DNA from: Candidatus Cloacimonadales bacterium
Lineage (GTDB): Bacteria; Cloacimonadota; Cloacimonadia; Cloacimonadales; JAIOQZ01
Direction of reading: 5' to 3'
NCBI GenBank assembly: GCA_963662655.2
Contig: CAXXTU010000002.1
Span: forward strand, 3,360,001 to 3,424,000
DNA: 64,000 nt
Shown: one piece after another, positions 1-9,732 of the stretch
How positions within the stretch are numbered: position 1 is the first letter of the stretch
How the letters are laid out: every line of letters starts with the position of its first letter
Notes under the pieces: model-generated
The model's input: the letters and a program-made list of their open reading frames with translations, nothing else
The model's database searches: none
Told to the model about the DNA's origin: nothing
Program-made: the position numbers and the translations under genes

Positions 1-332
1 ACAAATCCCTCTTCGTCCAACAGCCAGATGCGATTGGCTTCCAAATCATAGGAGATGCCTTCCAGATCGATAGCGCTTGTATCGAAACTATGTAAAATGG
101 TTCCATCAAAATCGATTCGATAGACGAGGCCGTCCTCGTCGCTTACGGTCCAGAGTTTTTCGCCGTCCCAGGTTAGCCCCGAGGGCTCGGCAATGGAGAG
201 AGGATAGCTCTCGATGCGTTCAAGTTGCACGACATCGCTTCCGCCATCGTCATCTTCGCAACCGGTGAACAGAATGGCAGTCATCGCAAGCAAGAGAAGC
301 AGTATCGATGTGAATCCGCGCGCTTTCTTCAT
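1..332 (-). CDS. Lipoprotein with SdiA-regulated-like beta-propeller domain (3' end runs off the window)
   Basis: Not in the ORF track; translated by hand from ATG at 332: MKKARGFTSILLLLLAMTAILFTGC (lipobox), then EPSGLTWDGEKLWTVSD...DLEGISYD propeller-blade repeats. Confidence 0.7.
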   Translation of the reverse strand, partial: MKKARGFTSILLLLLAMTAILFTGCEDDDGGSDVVQLERIESYPLSIAEPSGLTWDGEKLWTVSDEDGLVYRIDFDGTILHSFDTSAIDLEGISYDLEANRIWLLDEEGF

Positions 333-334
333 CT

Positions 335-1345
335 CTATTCCTGGTTCGAAGATCCTTTTGTCGGATTCGAGCTGACGCTCCAGACTCCGCCGTCGGGGAT
401 ACGGGCGTAAGATTCCCCTTCGTTCATAGCTGGGAAGACGATGCTGTCGAGCAGCTCTTCGTCGTGGTTTTCCAAAAATATGTCCTCTCCGCCGCTGGAT
501 AGCTTGAAATTGGTCTGCACATCGTCGCAGTCCCAGGCGAGGAATCCACCCGCCGGAACGATGGTTCCCGCAGGGAAGACGCTCTTGTTATCGGATGATC
601 CGCCATCGTACAGGAAATAACCGCTGATGTCGATATCGTCTCCCGTCGAGTTGTAGATTTCGATCCAGTCGGGATCCCCAGTGGAGACAACCTCGTTCAG
701 GAAAAGGTGCTGTGCCGGCGCGCCGCCGTTCGGAGCCCCGGGCGTCGGGTTTTCGACAACCTGCCACGCCCCGCTTCCGTCTGGAATGCGAGCGTAAGTC
801 TGGCCGTCACCAAGGGCGGGGAACATGACGCTGCTTATCTCTGCGTAGTTAGATTCAGCTAGTGTAACGGATTCGCCATCGGCCGAAAGCCCAAAAGCGG
901 TGTTGTATGGAACTGGGTCATTGGTGTTGAAGTGAAGCACCAGAAAGCCCATCGCGGGTACCTGAGCGGATGGGAAAATGTATGGGGCGTCCGCATGGCC
1001 GCCATCGTAAACGAGGAATCCGGTGATTTGGATCGCTTCCGTCGTTGGATTGAAGATTTCGATCCAGTCCTCACCCTTAGCGGAGACTTCGTTGATTACG
1101 AGCTCGAGATCGGAGGATGGATTGGAACCGGTCAGGCTGTCTTCGTCCAGGCTGCACGCGAAGAGCGTAACCGCAACGAGAATGACCGCGAGATAGCTGT
1201 ATGGCTGGAAGTAGTGCCGGTTCGGAAGGTGCTTTTCCGGGATCAGGTTTTTCTGCTTGATATGTGTGGACTTCTCACCCGAGGTTTTATTGCCGATAAC
1301 TTGCGTACGGAACCAGTTGGATATTCGATTCATGTTCAACATCAT
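335..1345 (-). CDS. Lamin-tail-domain (LTD) lipoprotein with two LTD repeats
   Basis: Two copies of (I/L)NEV...DWIEI(F/Y)N...SYARIPDG...NPT(P/K)G; lipobox LFAC. The true start may be downstream of 1345. Confidence 0.8.
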   Translation of the reverse strand: MMLNMNRISNWFRTQVIGNKTSGEKSTHIKQKNLIPEKHLPNRHYFQPYSYLAVILVAVTLFACSLDEDSLTGSNPSSDLELVINEVSAKGEDWIEIFNPTTEAIQITGFLVYDGGHADAPYIFPSAQVPAMGFLVLHFNTNDPVPYNTAFGLSADGESVTLAESNYAEISSVMFPALGDGQTYARIPDGSGAWQVVENPTPGAPNGGAPAQHLFLNEVVSTGDPDWIEIYNSTGDDIDISGYFLYDGGSSDNKSVFPAGTIVPAGGFLAWDCDDVQTNFKLSSGGEDIFLENHDEELLDSIVFPAMNEGESYARIPDGGVWSVSSNPTKGSSNQE

Positions 1346-1353
1346 TCACCTCC

Positions 1354-2610
1354 CTAAAAGTTGACCAAGATGCGACCCGAGATGTACGAGAAATCGTCTT
1401 CACCCTCGTAATCGCCGTCGCCGTCCGCGTATTCGGAGTTCATCACATAAACGTAGTTGATCATGCAGCGAACGTTGTTGTTGGGATACCAGTTGAGCGC
1501 CAGCGAGTAGTTGTTCGCCATACCGCCGGTGATTTTCGCGTCTTCGTCCGTGAGGTCGAGGTGACTGTATCGTGCCGCGATTTCAAACGCGCCATACTTC
1601 TTCAGGGGAACCGGTTTGCTGAATTCCGCTTCGTCGAGGCTATAAGGACGCGATTCTCCGGTAATGAACCAGCCGAGCATGAAGTAACCGCCGCAGAACT
1701 CCGCGTTCTCGGTGTTACCCCTTCCGATAACGGTTGTCTGGATGTACTCGCCCTGTGCATAGACCGGCCCGATTTTACCGGCGATCTCGCCGCCGATGGA
1801 CTGATAGCCGGACACGTGATAGATGTCGCCCGTATCGAGGAATTTCGTGCGGGCGACGGATGTCTCCGGACGCTCATCGAAACCGATGCTGCGCTCATCG
1901 CCATCCTCAACGGCATCGGGGGTGACGCCGAGGAATGAAACGCCTGCGTGAATCAGGGATTCCTCTTTATTGATGGGTGCGGCAACAAACCGAATTGCAT
2001 ACGCCGTACCTTCGTCGCCGGATTTCTTGTCCAGGTTCTCGGCCGCTTCACCGAAAACACCTGCGGATGCATGGAAAAGCTTCCACCAGATTGTCGCGCC
2101 GAGCCCCATGCGGCGTCCGGTCGTGAAAACATTCGGGTAGGCACGTTCGAGGAATATCGTCTTGGATGAGCTGGTGAGTTCTTCCATGCTGAACGGCGGC
2201 TTGAAGTTACCGACCTTGATCATGGAGTTATCCGTGGGTTTGTAGGCCAGCCACATATCCTTGATCTCCATTCCCTTGTCTTTCTCGTCGCTTTCTTTCA
2301 CGTAGGTAGCGAAATCGATGTCCCATTCCGCCATCCATTTTTCCCAGAACTTCACCTTCATGGCGAAGCGAACGCGGCGAAGATCGGTGCCGTCGCTCAT
2401 GGAATCCTCGTTCTTGTTCTCGAAATAGACCGCTCCGTCCAGGTACATGCGTACATCGAAACGAGTCGAGAACGCTCCGTCCTTCGACTTGAACTGGAGA
2501 ATACCGTCTTCCCACTCTGTATCCGCTTCAACCGCGAACAGCGCTGCGGTGCACAGTAGAATGAGTAGCATCAATGATCCTCTAATCGTGAATCCTTTCA
2601 TCTGAATCAT
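1354..2610 (-). CDS. Phosphate-selective porin, OprO/OprP family
   Basis: Signal peptide; LRRVRF, KVGNFKPPFSMEELTSS, FLERA, GWFITGESRPY, EIAARYS and LNWYPN motifs; C-terminal Phe. Confidence 0.85.
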   Translation of the reverse strand: MIQMKGFTIRGSLMLLILLCTAALFAVEADTEWEDGILQFKSKDGAFSTRFDVRMYLDGAVYFENKNEDSMSDGTDLRRVRFAMKVKFWEKWMAEWDIDFATYVKESDEKDKGMEIKDMWLAYKPTDNSMIKVGNFKPPFSMEELTSSSKTIFLERAYPNVFTTGRRMGLGATIWWKLFHASAGVFGEAAENLDKKSGDEGTAYAIRFVAAPINKEESLIHAGVSFLGVTPDAVEDGDERSIGFDERPETSVARTKFLDTGDIYHVSGYQSIGGEIAGKIGPVYAQGEYIQTTVIGRGNTENAEFCGGYFMLGWFITGESRPYSLDEAEFSKPVPLKKYGAFEIAARYSHLDLTDEDAKITGGMANNYSLALNWYPNNNVRCMINYVYVMNSEYADGDGDYEGEDDFSYISGRILVNF

Positions 2611-2627
2611 CTCCCCCTGTATGTTTT

Positions 2628-4091
2628 TTAATCAACTCTGAAATGATTGACTATGTAATCGATACGCTGTCGTATCTCGTCTTTCTTGCCCTTATCTTTA
2701 CTCCTGGCATTCCACGAATCGCATTCATCGGCCAGCGCTTGCTCGAATTGCCAGCGATACCTGAATTTTCTACCGATCATTTTCTCCAGCGCGGATATCT
2801 GGCTTTCGTTGAGATTTTTGTAAGAGATTAGTTTGAATTTCGCGGGAGTGATCTCGATGGGATCCAATGCGCCATAGAGCATGATCAATTCTTTCTCGGG
2901 CTGTGTGTATTGATCCACATTGGATAAATAGGCATGCAGCGCTCGCGCGTTTTTGAAGGTAGCTCCCTTGAGCGGTTCGATTTTCTCGTAATCGATTTCG
3001 TGCGTACTCAGTTCCCTGATAACCGGGTTGCCGAAATCGTAGATGGTTTCGTTGTGCACCTTCTGGTCGAACACGTTCTGCACGAAGAACAGAAGAACGA
3101 ACGTTATAATGCAGGCGATCACGGGCGTGGTTATCCAGCCCATCGAAATCCTTCCCAAAACTCTGAACTGGATATTTCTCCCGCCCTTCGCGACGGCGAT
3201 ACCGATGACGCCACCGACCACGGCCTGGGAGCTCGATACAGGAACCAGCGGGAACGCCGGTAAATGATGGGCGAGCATCCAGTCGTGCAGCGATTGAGAA
3301 CCGAAGATGAACAAGACCCATGCCTCGGCAAGAATGACGATCAATCCTCCGACCGAGGACAGGCGGAAGAGATCGTTGCCCACGGTTCTTATTACGTTGT
3401 GCGAATAGGTGATAACGCCAAACCCGATGGCGATACTACCGATCAGGAACAGCACTTGCGTTCCTGAAAGGTCGATCCCGGCCAGACTGATATCGTGAAA
3501 TGGCGCTGCCGGCACAAACACGCCCATCGCGTTCGCAATGTTGTTTGCTCCCAAACTGTATGCGCCAAAGGCGGTTACGGCGAGGTAGAAGAATCGGGTA
3601 TAGGCATCGATTCTGAGAAGGTGAACCTTGCTTCGGACAATGAAGTAGAGGTAGAATTTGTAGAAGATGAATGAGAAAATCGCAGCAAGAATCGGACAGA
3701 TTACCCACGTTCCGAAAATTTTCGACAGGGCCGAGAAATCGGTGAGAGAACCGCTGAAAAAGTTCCATCCGATGATTCCACCGACGATTGCCTGAGAGGT
3801 AGAAACCGGAAGCCCCATTTTGGTCATTCCAGCGACGGTTATCGCGGCAGCGAGAGCCACGGTGAAAGCTCCGCCCAATGCATCGACCGAACCGAGTTTG
3901 CCCAGCGTCTGTGACGCGCCGGCTCCTTCGTAAACTGCGCCGATGATCACGAAAAACGATGTGAGAAGCGCTGCTGTCCGGAACTTGACCATTTTGGTGG
4001 AGACGGCGGGACCGAAAACGTTGGCGGCATTGTTTGCGCCCAGTGACCACGCCAGGAAAAGACCGCTGGAGAGGTAGATCAACAACAACAC
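2628..4091 (-). CDS. Inorganic phosphate transporter, PiT family, with soluble C-terminal extension
   Basis: GANNAANVFG and GANNIANAMG signature repeats; PVSTSQAIVG and PVSSSQAVVG. Confidence 0.9.
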   Translation of the reverse strand: MLLLIYLSSGLFLAWSLGANNAANVFGPAVSTKMVKFRTAALLTSFFVIIGAVYEGAGASQTLGKLGSVDALGGAFTVALAAAITVAGMTKMGLPVSTSQAIVGGIIGWNFFSGSLTDFSALSKIFGTWVICPILAAIFSFIFYKFYLYFIVRSKVHLLRIDAYTRFFYLAVTAFGAYSLGANNIANAMGVFVPAAPFHDISLAGIDLSGTQVLFLIGSIAIGFGVITYSHNVIRTVGNDLFRLSSVGGLIVILAEAWVLFIFGSQSLHDWMLAHHLPAFPLVPVSSSQAVVGGVIGIAVAKGGRNIQFRVLGRISMGWITTPVIACIITFVLLFFVQNVFDQKVHNETIYDFGNPVIRELSTHEIDYEKIEPLKGATFKNARALHAYLSNVDQYTQPEKELIMLYGALDPIEITPAKFKLISYKNLNESQISALEKMIGRKFRYRWQFEQALADECDSWNARSKDKGKKDEIRQRIDYIVNHFRVD

Positions 4092-4094
4092 CGC

Positions 4095-4733
4095 TTACAC
4101 CTGCCTTTTGATCGTATAGATGGACAGCCTGTCGGCCATGGTTTCCGCGTAGTCGGAGATGTGCTCCACGTGCAAAGCGAAGTAGCGAAGGTGGTTTTTC
4201 CAGGCGAGCTCGATGTCCGATTTGAAGATGGCTCTCTTGAGTCTTTCGGCGATTTTATCGGCTTCCTTCTCGTGCAGGTAGACCTTGTGGAGGTGGTCCT
4301 GAACCGTCTTGACGTCGCGGAAGAAGCAGCGAACGCCTGAAATCAGCGCATCGACGCTGTCCTCGCTCGCGATAGCGAGCTCGATGTACTGGTTGGTGAA
4401 GTCCTTCGGGATTTTCGGGCACTCGACGGAAAATTGCAGCAGGGTTTCTTTGATGTTGTCGATGATGTCGTCGGTATTTTCCAGGATCGCAAGCACGTCT
4501 CCGCGAGATTCGGGGATCAGCGTGTGGGCGTAGAGTTCTTTCTCGATATCGCGGCGAAGCTTGTCCGCTGTGCTCTCGAGCTCAGACACCTTCAGGCGGC
4601 GTGCTTCGAATTCCTCGGGATTGTTCTCCATGTAATAACGGATGGCTTTGCTGAAAAGGATCGCTCCCTGACTGATGACGTCGAGGAATTCGTCGATCAT
4701 TTTCTCGATTCGTTTGGTTCTTCGTAAAAGCAT
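4095..4733 (-). CDS. DUF47 / PhoU-like phosphate transport regulator
   Basis: LESTADKLRRDIE and HEKEADKI helical repeats; directly upstream of PiT, the usual pairing. Confidence 0.85.
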   Translation of the reverse strand: MLLRRTKRIEKMIDEFLDVISQGAILFSKAIRYYMENNPEEFEARRLKVSELESTADKLRRDIEKELYAHTLIPESRGDVLAILENTDDIIDNIKETLLQFSVECPKIPKDFTNQYIELAIASEDSVDALISGVRCFFRDVKTVQDHLHKVYLHEKEADKIAERLKRAIFKSDIELAWKNHLRYFALHVEHISDYAETMADRLSIYTIKRQV

Positions 4734-4746
4734 AGACTATCTTACC

Positions 4747-6237
4747 TCATTGATTCTTCTCAGGGGTTTTCTTCTGCAACAGGCCCCTGATGATTGGTAT
4801 TGCGATGGATAATACCGCAACGCACAATATTGCAACGCTGACAGGTCTTGTAAAGAAAATTTGATATCCGCCCATTTTTACCGCGTTTCGGAAGTTCTCC
4901 TCTGCGATGCGTCCCAGCACGATTCCCAGCACGACCGGAGCCACGGGGAAGTCGTAACGACGCATGAGCCATCCCAGGATTCCAAAGGCCAGGCAGGTGA
5001 TGACATCGAAGAGCGAATTGTTCACCGCGAACGCGCCGATAATGGATACGGCGAAGATCAGCGGGAAGAGCACCTCGCGTGGGACCTGGGTGACCTTGAT
5101 CCAGAGCTTGCTGCCGAGGAGTCCGAGCGCGAGCAGGACGAAATTGGCGATCAGGAGGCTTGCGAAGAGTCCGTAGACGATTTCCGGCGCGGTCTCGAAG
5201 AGGCGCGGTCCTGGGTCCAGATCGTGGATCATGAGTGCGCCGATGAGTACGGCGGTCGAGGCGCTTCCGGGGATTCCCAGCGTGAGGAGGGGAACCAGCG
5301 CTCCGCCCACGGAGCTGCTGTTGGATGCTTCAGCCGCGGCGACGCCATCCGGGCATCCGTTGCCGAATTCGTCGGGATGCTTGCTCATGCGTTTGGAAAC
5401 GTCGTAGGAAATGAAGGAGGCGATGGTTGCGCCAGCCCCCGGGAAAATGCCGATGACGGTTCCGATGATCGATGAGCGCAGAATGGTCCATTTCAAGCGC
5501 CAGTATTCCGCGATGGAAGGCCAGTGCGTCTTCCCGCTCTCGAATCGCTGCACTTCGAACTCGTGAGCCTCGAACTGTCGGAATACCTCGCTCAGGGCGA
5601 AGAGCCCGATGAGGATGGGGATGAGGTTGAATCCGTCAAAGAGTTCGGTGATGCCGAAGGAATAGCGAGTTACGCCCGTTTGCTCGGTGCCGATGGTTCG
5701 CAGTAGCAGCCCGAGAAAAACGGCGGTGAACGCCTTGATCCAGTTCTTGCCGCCCAGCGAGGCAACGGTTGTCAGGCCGAAGAAGGCCAGTGCGAAGTAT
5801 TCTGCCGGGTGGAATTGAAGCGTTACTTTAGCCAGCGGAACGGAGAAGAAAATCAGAATCAGCGTCCCGACGATTCCGCCGACCGTCGAGGCGATGAGGG
5901 AAATCCCCAGGGCGACCCCGGGCTTTCCTTTCTTCGTGAGCGGGTAACCGTCGAAAGAGGTTACCACAGCCGAGGCAGTTCCGGGCGCGTTGATGGTCAC
6001 GGCGGTAATGGAGCCCCCGTAGTTGGCGGCGATGTAGATTGAAATAAGCAGGATCAGTGCAACAGACGGATCGAGTGCGTAGGTGAACGGAACCAGCAGC
6101 GCGACGCCCATCGAGGGCGAAAGGCCTGGCATGGCTCCAGCGAGAATTCCGAAAATGACACCGGTAACGATCGCCAGCATGGGTATCCAGCCTGCGATGT
6201 ATCCGAATCCCTCGATCAGGTGAGTCAATACTTCCAT
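4747..6237 (-). CDS. tctA: Tripartite tricarboxylate transporter large permease TctA
   Basis: GAMPGLS, YGGSITAVTINAPGT, DGYPL, PLLTLGIPGS motifs. Confidence 0.9.
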   Translation of the reverse strand: MEVLTHLIEGFGYIAGWIPMLAIVTGVIFGILAGAMPGLSPSMGVALLVPFTYALDPSVALILLISIYIAANYGGSITAVTINAPGTASAVVTSFDGYPLTKKGKPGVALGISLIASTVGGIVGTLILIFFSVPLAKVTLQFHPAEYFALAFFGLTTVASLGGKNWIKAFTAVFLGLLLRTIGTEQTGVTRYSFGITELFDGFNLIPILIGLFALSEVFRQFEAHEFEVQRFESGKTHWPSIAEYWRLKWTILRSSIIGTVIGIFPGAGATIASFISYDVSKRMSKHPDEFGNGCPDGVAAAEASNSSSVGGALVPLLTLGIPGSASTAVLIGALMIHDLDPGPRLFETAPEIVYGLFASLLIANFVLLALGLLGSKLWIKVTQVPREVLFPLIFAVSIIGAFAVNNSLFDVITCLAFGILGWLMRRYDFPVAPVVLGIVLGRIAEENFRNAVKMGGYQIFFTRPVSVAILCVAVLSIAIPIIRGLLQKKTPEKNQ

Positions 6238-6238
6238 A

Positions 6239-7777
6239 TCAACCCTGCCATATCTGGCTAATCAGGATTCCCTGCGGCAACGCAACGTGCAGGATGCGGA
6301 AGAACAGCACATAGGAAAGCAGCATCCATGCGATGGTGATCACGATGATTGCGATCCTATTACGATAGCCCAACAGCCACATGGCGACGGGCAGGAAAAC
6401 GATCGTTGAAATGAAATAACCAATGAATTTGATCGCAGGAATGTAGAGCATCAGAAGCACGATAAAGCGGAGCACGATGTCCAGCCTGCCGGGCTTGGGA
6501 TCCTCGCTTTCTTTACCTGCGAGAACCTTGAGGTATAAAATCAAACTGCAGAGTGTCAGCAGGAATGCCCAAAGGCGCGGAACGACGGCAGGGCCGTAGG
6601 CATCACCATCGGCGAAACGGGCTGATAGCATCCAGAAGAAGAGCGACAGGCTGATGAAGAAGATGGGGAAGAGGATTCTTCCCGTGTAATGGAAGAGCCT
6701 CGATTTCAAGCGGATACCGGCCAGTGCGAGAAGAAGTATCTGCACCATGAGGATACCGAGCGTTTTCAGCTCGAAGGATGCGATATCGAATGCCCCTTGC
6801 GGATCGGTTTGCATCTCTGGCTCTATCAGTCCCAGGCTGGAGAGGTAGTGGTGGAATTCTTTACGGTCGGCTTCAATGATTTGCCTGAATTTCTCCGGGC
6901 CATAGTGGACGACTTTGATGCCGCCTTTCTCCCAGAAGCTGCGCCAGTCCGGATCGCCGGTTACCTTTTCAAAGAGGTTCGAGTACCAGTCGAGCGCTAT
7001 CTGCGGCGTGTTTTTCTTAACGGCAAAGCCGCGCCACATGATTTCGTTGTCCAGGCCGCTCAGCCCCAGCTCGGAAAAGGTGGGCGCATCGGGGAATTGA
7101 GGTAAACGCTCTTCGGAGGAGACCGCGGCGATCTTGAGGTCGGGTTTACCGGAGATGTCGCGTGGATTGCCCACGTACACGACTCCCTGTCCGCCCATGA
7201 GCGCCGTCATGGCCGCACCGCCGCTCTTGAACGGAATCCATTTGCAGGAAATTCCACTTTTTTCCCAAAGCTTCATCGCCATGATGTGGTCCAGACCGCC
7301 AGCGGCGGGACCGAGCCAGATTTGTTCCCCGGGGTGTGCCTTGGCGTCCGCGACGACCTCTTCCCAGGTATCTATCTCCGCGTTGCGATTGGTGATAACG
7401 CATTCGGGATCCGCCATCAGCATGGCCATCCAGTTGAGGCTGTCCGAATTGACCGCGGCGTTGGCGCCCACGAGAAAGGAGATATTGGATTTGGTTCCCG
7501 CGAAAATCGTGTATCCATCCGCCGGCGCTTGCAGAACGCTCTGCATACCCACGACTCCACCCGCTCCCGGGCGGTTTTCCACCACGAACGTGGCGTCGGA
7601 GTACTTGGTTGCGACATCGGTAAACTTACGTGCGGTGATGTCTATCAATCCACCAGGTGCGGTATAGACCACCATTTTGACCGGGCGATCGGGAAATTGT
7701 TCGTTGCCCGACCTCTTGCATGAGAAAATCGATAGGATCAGGCACATCGATAGAGAGAGGTATAGCAGTTTTTTCAT
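6239..7777 (-). CDS. Fused TTT substrate-binding protein (TctC/Bug) and small permease (TctB)
   Basis: Lipobox IFSC; FPDRPVKMVV.APGG.ID, VVENRPGAGG, PADGYT (TctC); C-terminal ~180 aa hydrophobic region with GPAVVPR, GYFIST and F..LHVALPQG (TctB). Confidence 0.8.
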   Translation of the reverse strand: MKKLLYLSLSMCLILSIFSCKRSGNEQFPDRPVKMVVYTAPGGLIDITARKFTDVATKYSDATFVVENRPGAGGVVGMQSVLQAPADGYTIFAGTKSNISFLVGANAAVNSDSLNWMAMLMADPECVITNRNAEIDTWEEVVADAKAHPGEQIWLGPAAGGLDHIMAMKLWEKSGISCKWIPFKSGGAAMTALMGGQGVVYVGNPRDISGKPDLKIAAVSSEERLPQFPDAPTFSELGLSGLDNEIMWRGFAVKKNTPQIALDWYSNLFEKVTGDPDWRSFWEKGGIKVVHYGPEKFRQIIEADRKEFHHYLSSLGLIEPEMQTDPQGAFDIASFELKTLGILMVQILLLALAGIRLKSRLFHYTGRILFPIFFISLSLFFWMLSARFADGDAYGPAVVPRLWAFLLTLCSLILYLKVLAGKESEDPKPGRLDIVLRFIVLLMLYIPAIKFIGYFISTIVFLPVAMWLLGYRNRIAIIVITIAWMLLSYVLFFRILHVALPQGILISQIWQG

Positions 7778-7790
7778 TCTGCGAAACCCA

Positions 7791-8702
7791 TTAACCCAGT
7801 TTTTCGAAGATCAATCCGTGGCGAAGACCTCGGTCGCTCACTACGAGATCGCCAACGGCAAATCGCTTCATGATGGCTTCTACGATAAGTGCACCGGCGA
7901 GTATCACGTCCGCGCGCTTGGGTTGCAGGCCAGAGATTGTTTTTCGCTGGTCGATGGTTTTCCCGGCATAGAGATCGATCTGGTTGCTGACTTCCTCAAG
8001 CGTGATTTTGCTGCCTTGAATCAACTCGGGTTTGTAAACAGCCATCTTGTGCATGACGGCGCACAGACTTGTCACCGTTCCTCCGATGCCCACCAGTCGC
8101 TGGATTTTCCCGGTGACTTTGTGCTCGTCGAAGAATCCATTGATGTAGGTTCTCGCACGTTGAAGCTCGTCGGGCGCGACAGGATCGGAGAGTAAGATGT
8201 TTTCCGTTATCAAGACGGCTCCGATGTCCAGGCTGAATCTTTTGGCGATGTGGTCCGCCTTCCCGAAAATGAATTCCGTGCTTCCGCCGCCGGTATCGAT
8301 GATGAGGACATCCTCGTTTCCGACACCCACGCCGGAAACGACGGCGAGATAGGAGAGGCGTGCTTCCTCTTCTCCGGGAAGAACGTTGATGGTAAGGCCG
8401 AGCTCCTTCTTAGCCTTCGAAACGAAGTCGGACGCGTTTTTTGCGGAGCGCAGGCACATGGTGCCAACAGCGATGAATTCATCCACGCCAAATTCTTCTT
8501 TGCCGCGCTGCATGAATTCCCGGAGCGCTTCGATATTTCGCTCGATGGCTTCGTCGGATAACGATCCGGTACGGGTCATCCCGTCACCGAGCCGTGAAAT
8601 GTTGTTTGTATCGAGTAACACCTTGATGCCGTTGCTGGTTTTCTCCGCTACATGAAATTTGATCGAATTCGTACCGATATCGAGGATCGCAAGACGTTTC
8701 AT
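7791..8702 (-). CDS. Ppx/GppA-family exopolyphosphatase (short form)
   Basis: ILDIGTNSIK, GEEEARL, IDTGGGSTE, RADVILAGA, GLRHG motifs. Confidence 0.9.
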   Translation of the reverse strand: MKRLAILDIGTNSIKFHVAEKTSNGIKVLLDTNNISRLGDGMTRTGSLSDEAIERNIEALREFMQRGKEEFGVDEFIAVGTMCLRSAKNASDFVSKAKKELGLTINVLPGEEEARLSYLAVVSGVGVGNEDVLIIDTGGGSTEFIFGKADHIAKRFSLDIGAVLITENILLSDPVAPDELQRARTYINGFFDEHKVTGKIQRLVGIGGTVTSLCAVMHKMAVYKPELIQGSKITLEEVSNQIDLYAGKTIDQRKTISGLQPKRADVILAGALIVEAIMKRFAVGDLVVSDRGLRHGLIFEKLG

Positions 8703-8713
8703 CGTTCCTCCTT

Positions 8714-9298
8714 TTACAGGATGCCGGCAGATTTTTTCATCGCGTGGATATAATTGACGTTGCGAAGGTTAATCAGATCGAGCTTGGCGACGAGGCTACG
8801 AACGAGGTGAATGTCGGTGTGTTCAATGGCGACAGTCTCGGTCGGTTTTCCGTCGATAGTCACCTGCGCATATTCGCAGATGGCTTCTTCCACGGTGAAG
8901 ATGTGGCGTTTCTTGACGACCTGTACCGGCACGAGGTCTTCGATATCTCCGACGATCTCGTTCATGAAGGACGCGAAGTCGTATTCGTCTTTCTCGAGGT
9001 AAGGCAGGCGGATGCCGAACGCCTTGAAGATGAGCGCGAGGTCGTTGATGTGAACCGGGAATCCGGCTTTACCGAGGACTGTCCATTGCTCGAGGCCGTC
9101 ATCGCTGTGTCGCAGCAGGGTTTTCATGTCGATCAATTCGAATCGTATCTTGATGTTGTCGTCGCTTTTGCGCGAGAGTATATAGGTTTCTTCGCTTTCT
9201 TTGACGCCCGTTTTTTCGTATTGTTTAAACACATCCAGAAATTCCTGGAGATCGCTTCCGAAGGTTCTCCATTCCCAACGCGGTATTATCTTTGTCAT
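8714..9298 (-). CDS. CYTH/triphosphate-tunnel-like protein
   Basis: N-terminal RWEWRTF (ExExK-like), NIKIR, V.KKRH, E.....E motifs; start placed at MTKIIP after a GGGGG RBS. Confidence 0.55.
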   Translation of the reverse strand: MTKIIPRWEWRTFGSDLQEFLDVFKQYEKTGVKESEETYILSRKSDDNIKIRFELIDMKTLLRHSDDGLEQWTVLGKAGFPVHINDLALIFKAFGIRLPYLEKDEYDFASFMNEIVGDIEDLVPVQVVKKRHIFTVEEAICEYAQVTIDGKPTETVAIEHTDIHLVRSLVAKLDLINLRNVNYIHAMKKSAGIL

Positions 9299-9485
9299 CG
9301 TTCCCCCAATTATTGATGATATTTTTAGCACGATTATAGATTATTGATCTAAAATGAGGCGTAGAAATCGTCAAACTTTTTCTGTGGATAAACGAATCGG
9401 AAAAGGAATTTTCATGCGAAACACACAATGGCTAAAGAGGGAAAAGACTGTCGAGTCAATTGCTTACCGTCGGGGCATCTTCACC

Positions 9486-9578
9486 CGTTCCGCCCCTCTG
9501 CGGGGATATACCGCAGCCTAGATTATAATGAGAAGAAAGGCAGCAAGGCTGTGAAACACCCCGCAGAGGGGCGGAACG
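9486..9578. repeat. Long GC-rich inverted repeat in the divergent intergenic region
   Basis: Perfect 20-bp arms CGTTCCGCCCCTCTGCGGGG (9486-9505) and CCCCGCAGAGGGGCGGAACG (9559-9578), plus an inner CAGCCT/AGGCTG pair. Confidence 0.85.
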
Positions 9579-9732
9579 AACGAATCTGCTCCCTCCTCCG
9601 GGTGGCTTTTTGGGGGAGGTTGTTTGATCCCATTAAACAAATGCAGAAAAAAGAATTACTTGACCATGAGGCAGCAAACGAAAACGTTGCCGTCTGTAAG
9701 GGGAGATATACTGTAGTGGGAGCAGCAAGAGA

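Noticed and set aside
9472..9592. SRP RNA or 6S RNA
   Set aside because: Lacks the SRP domain IV motif and an obvious 6S central bubble; left as an unassigned hairpin
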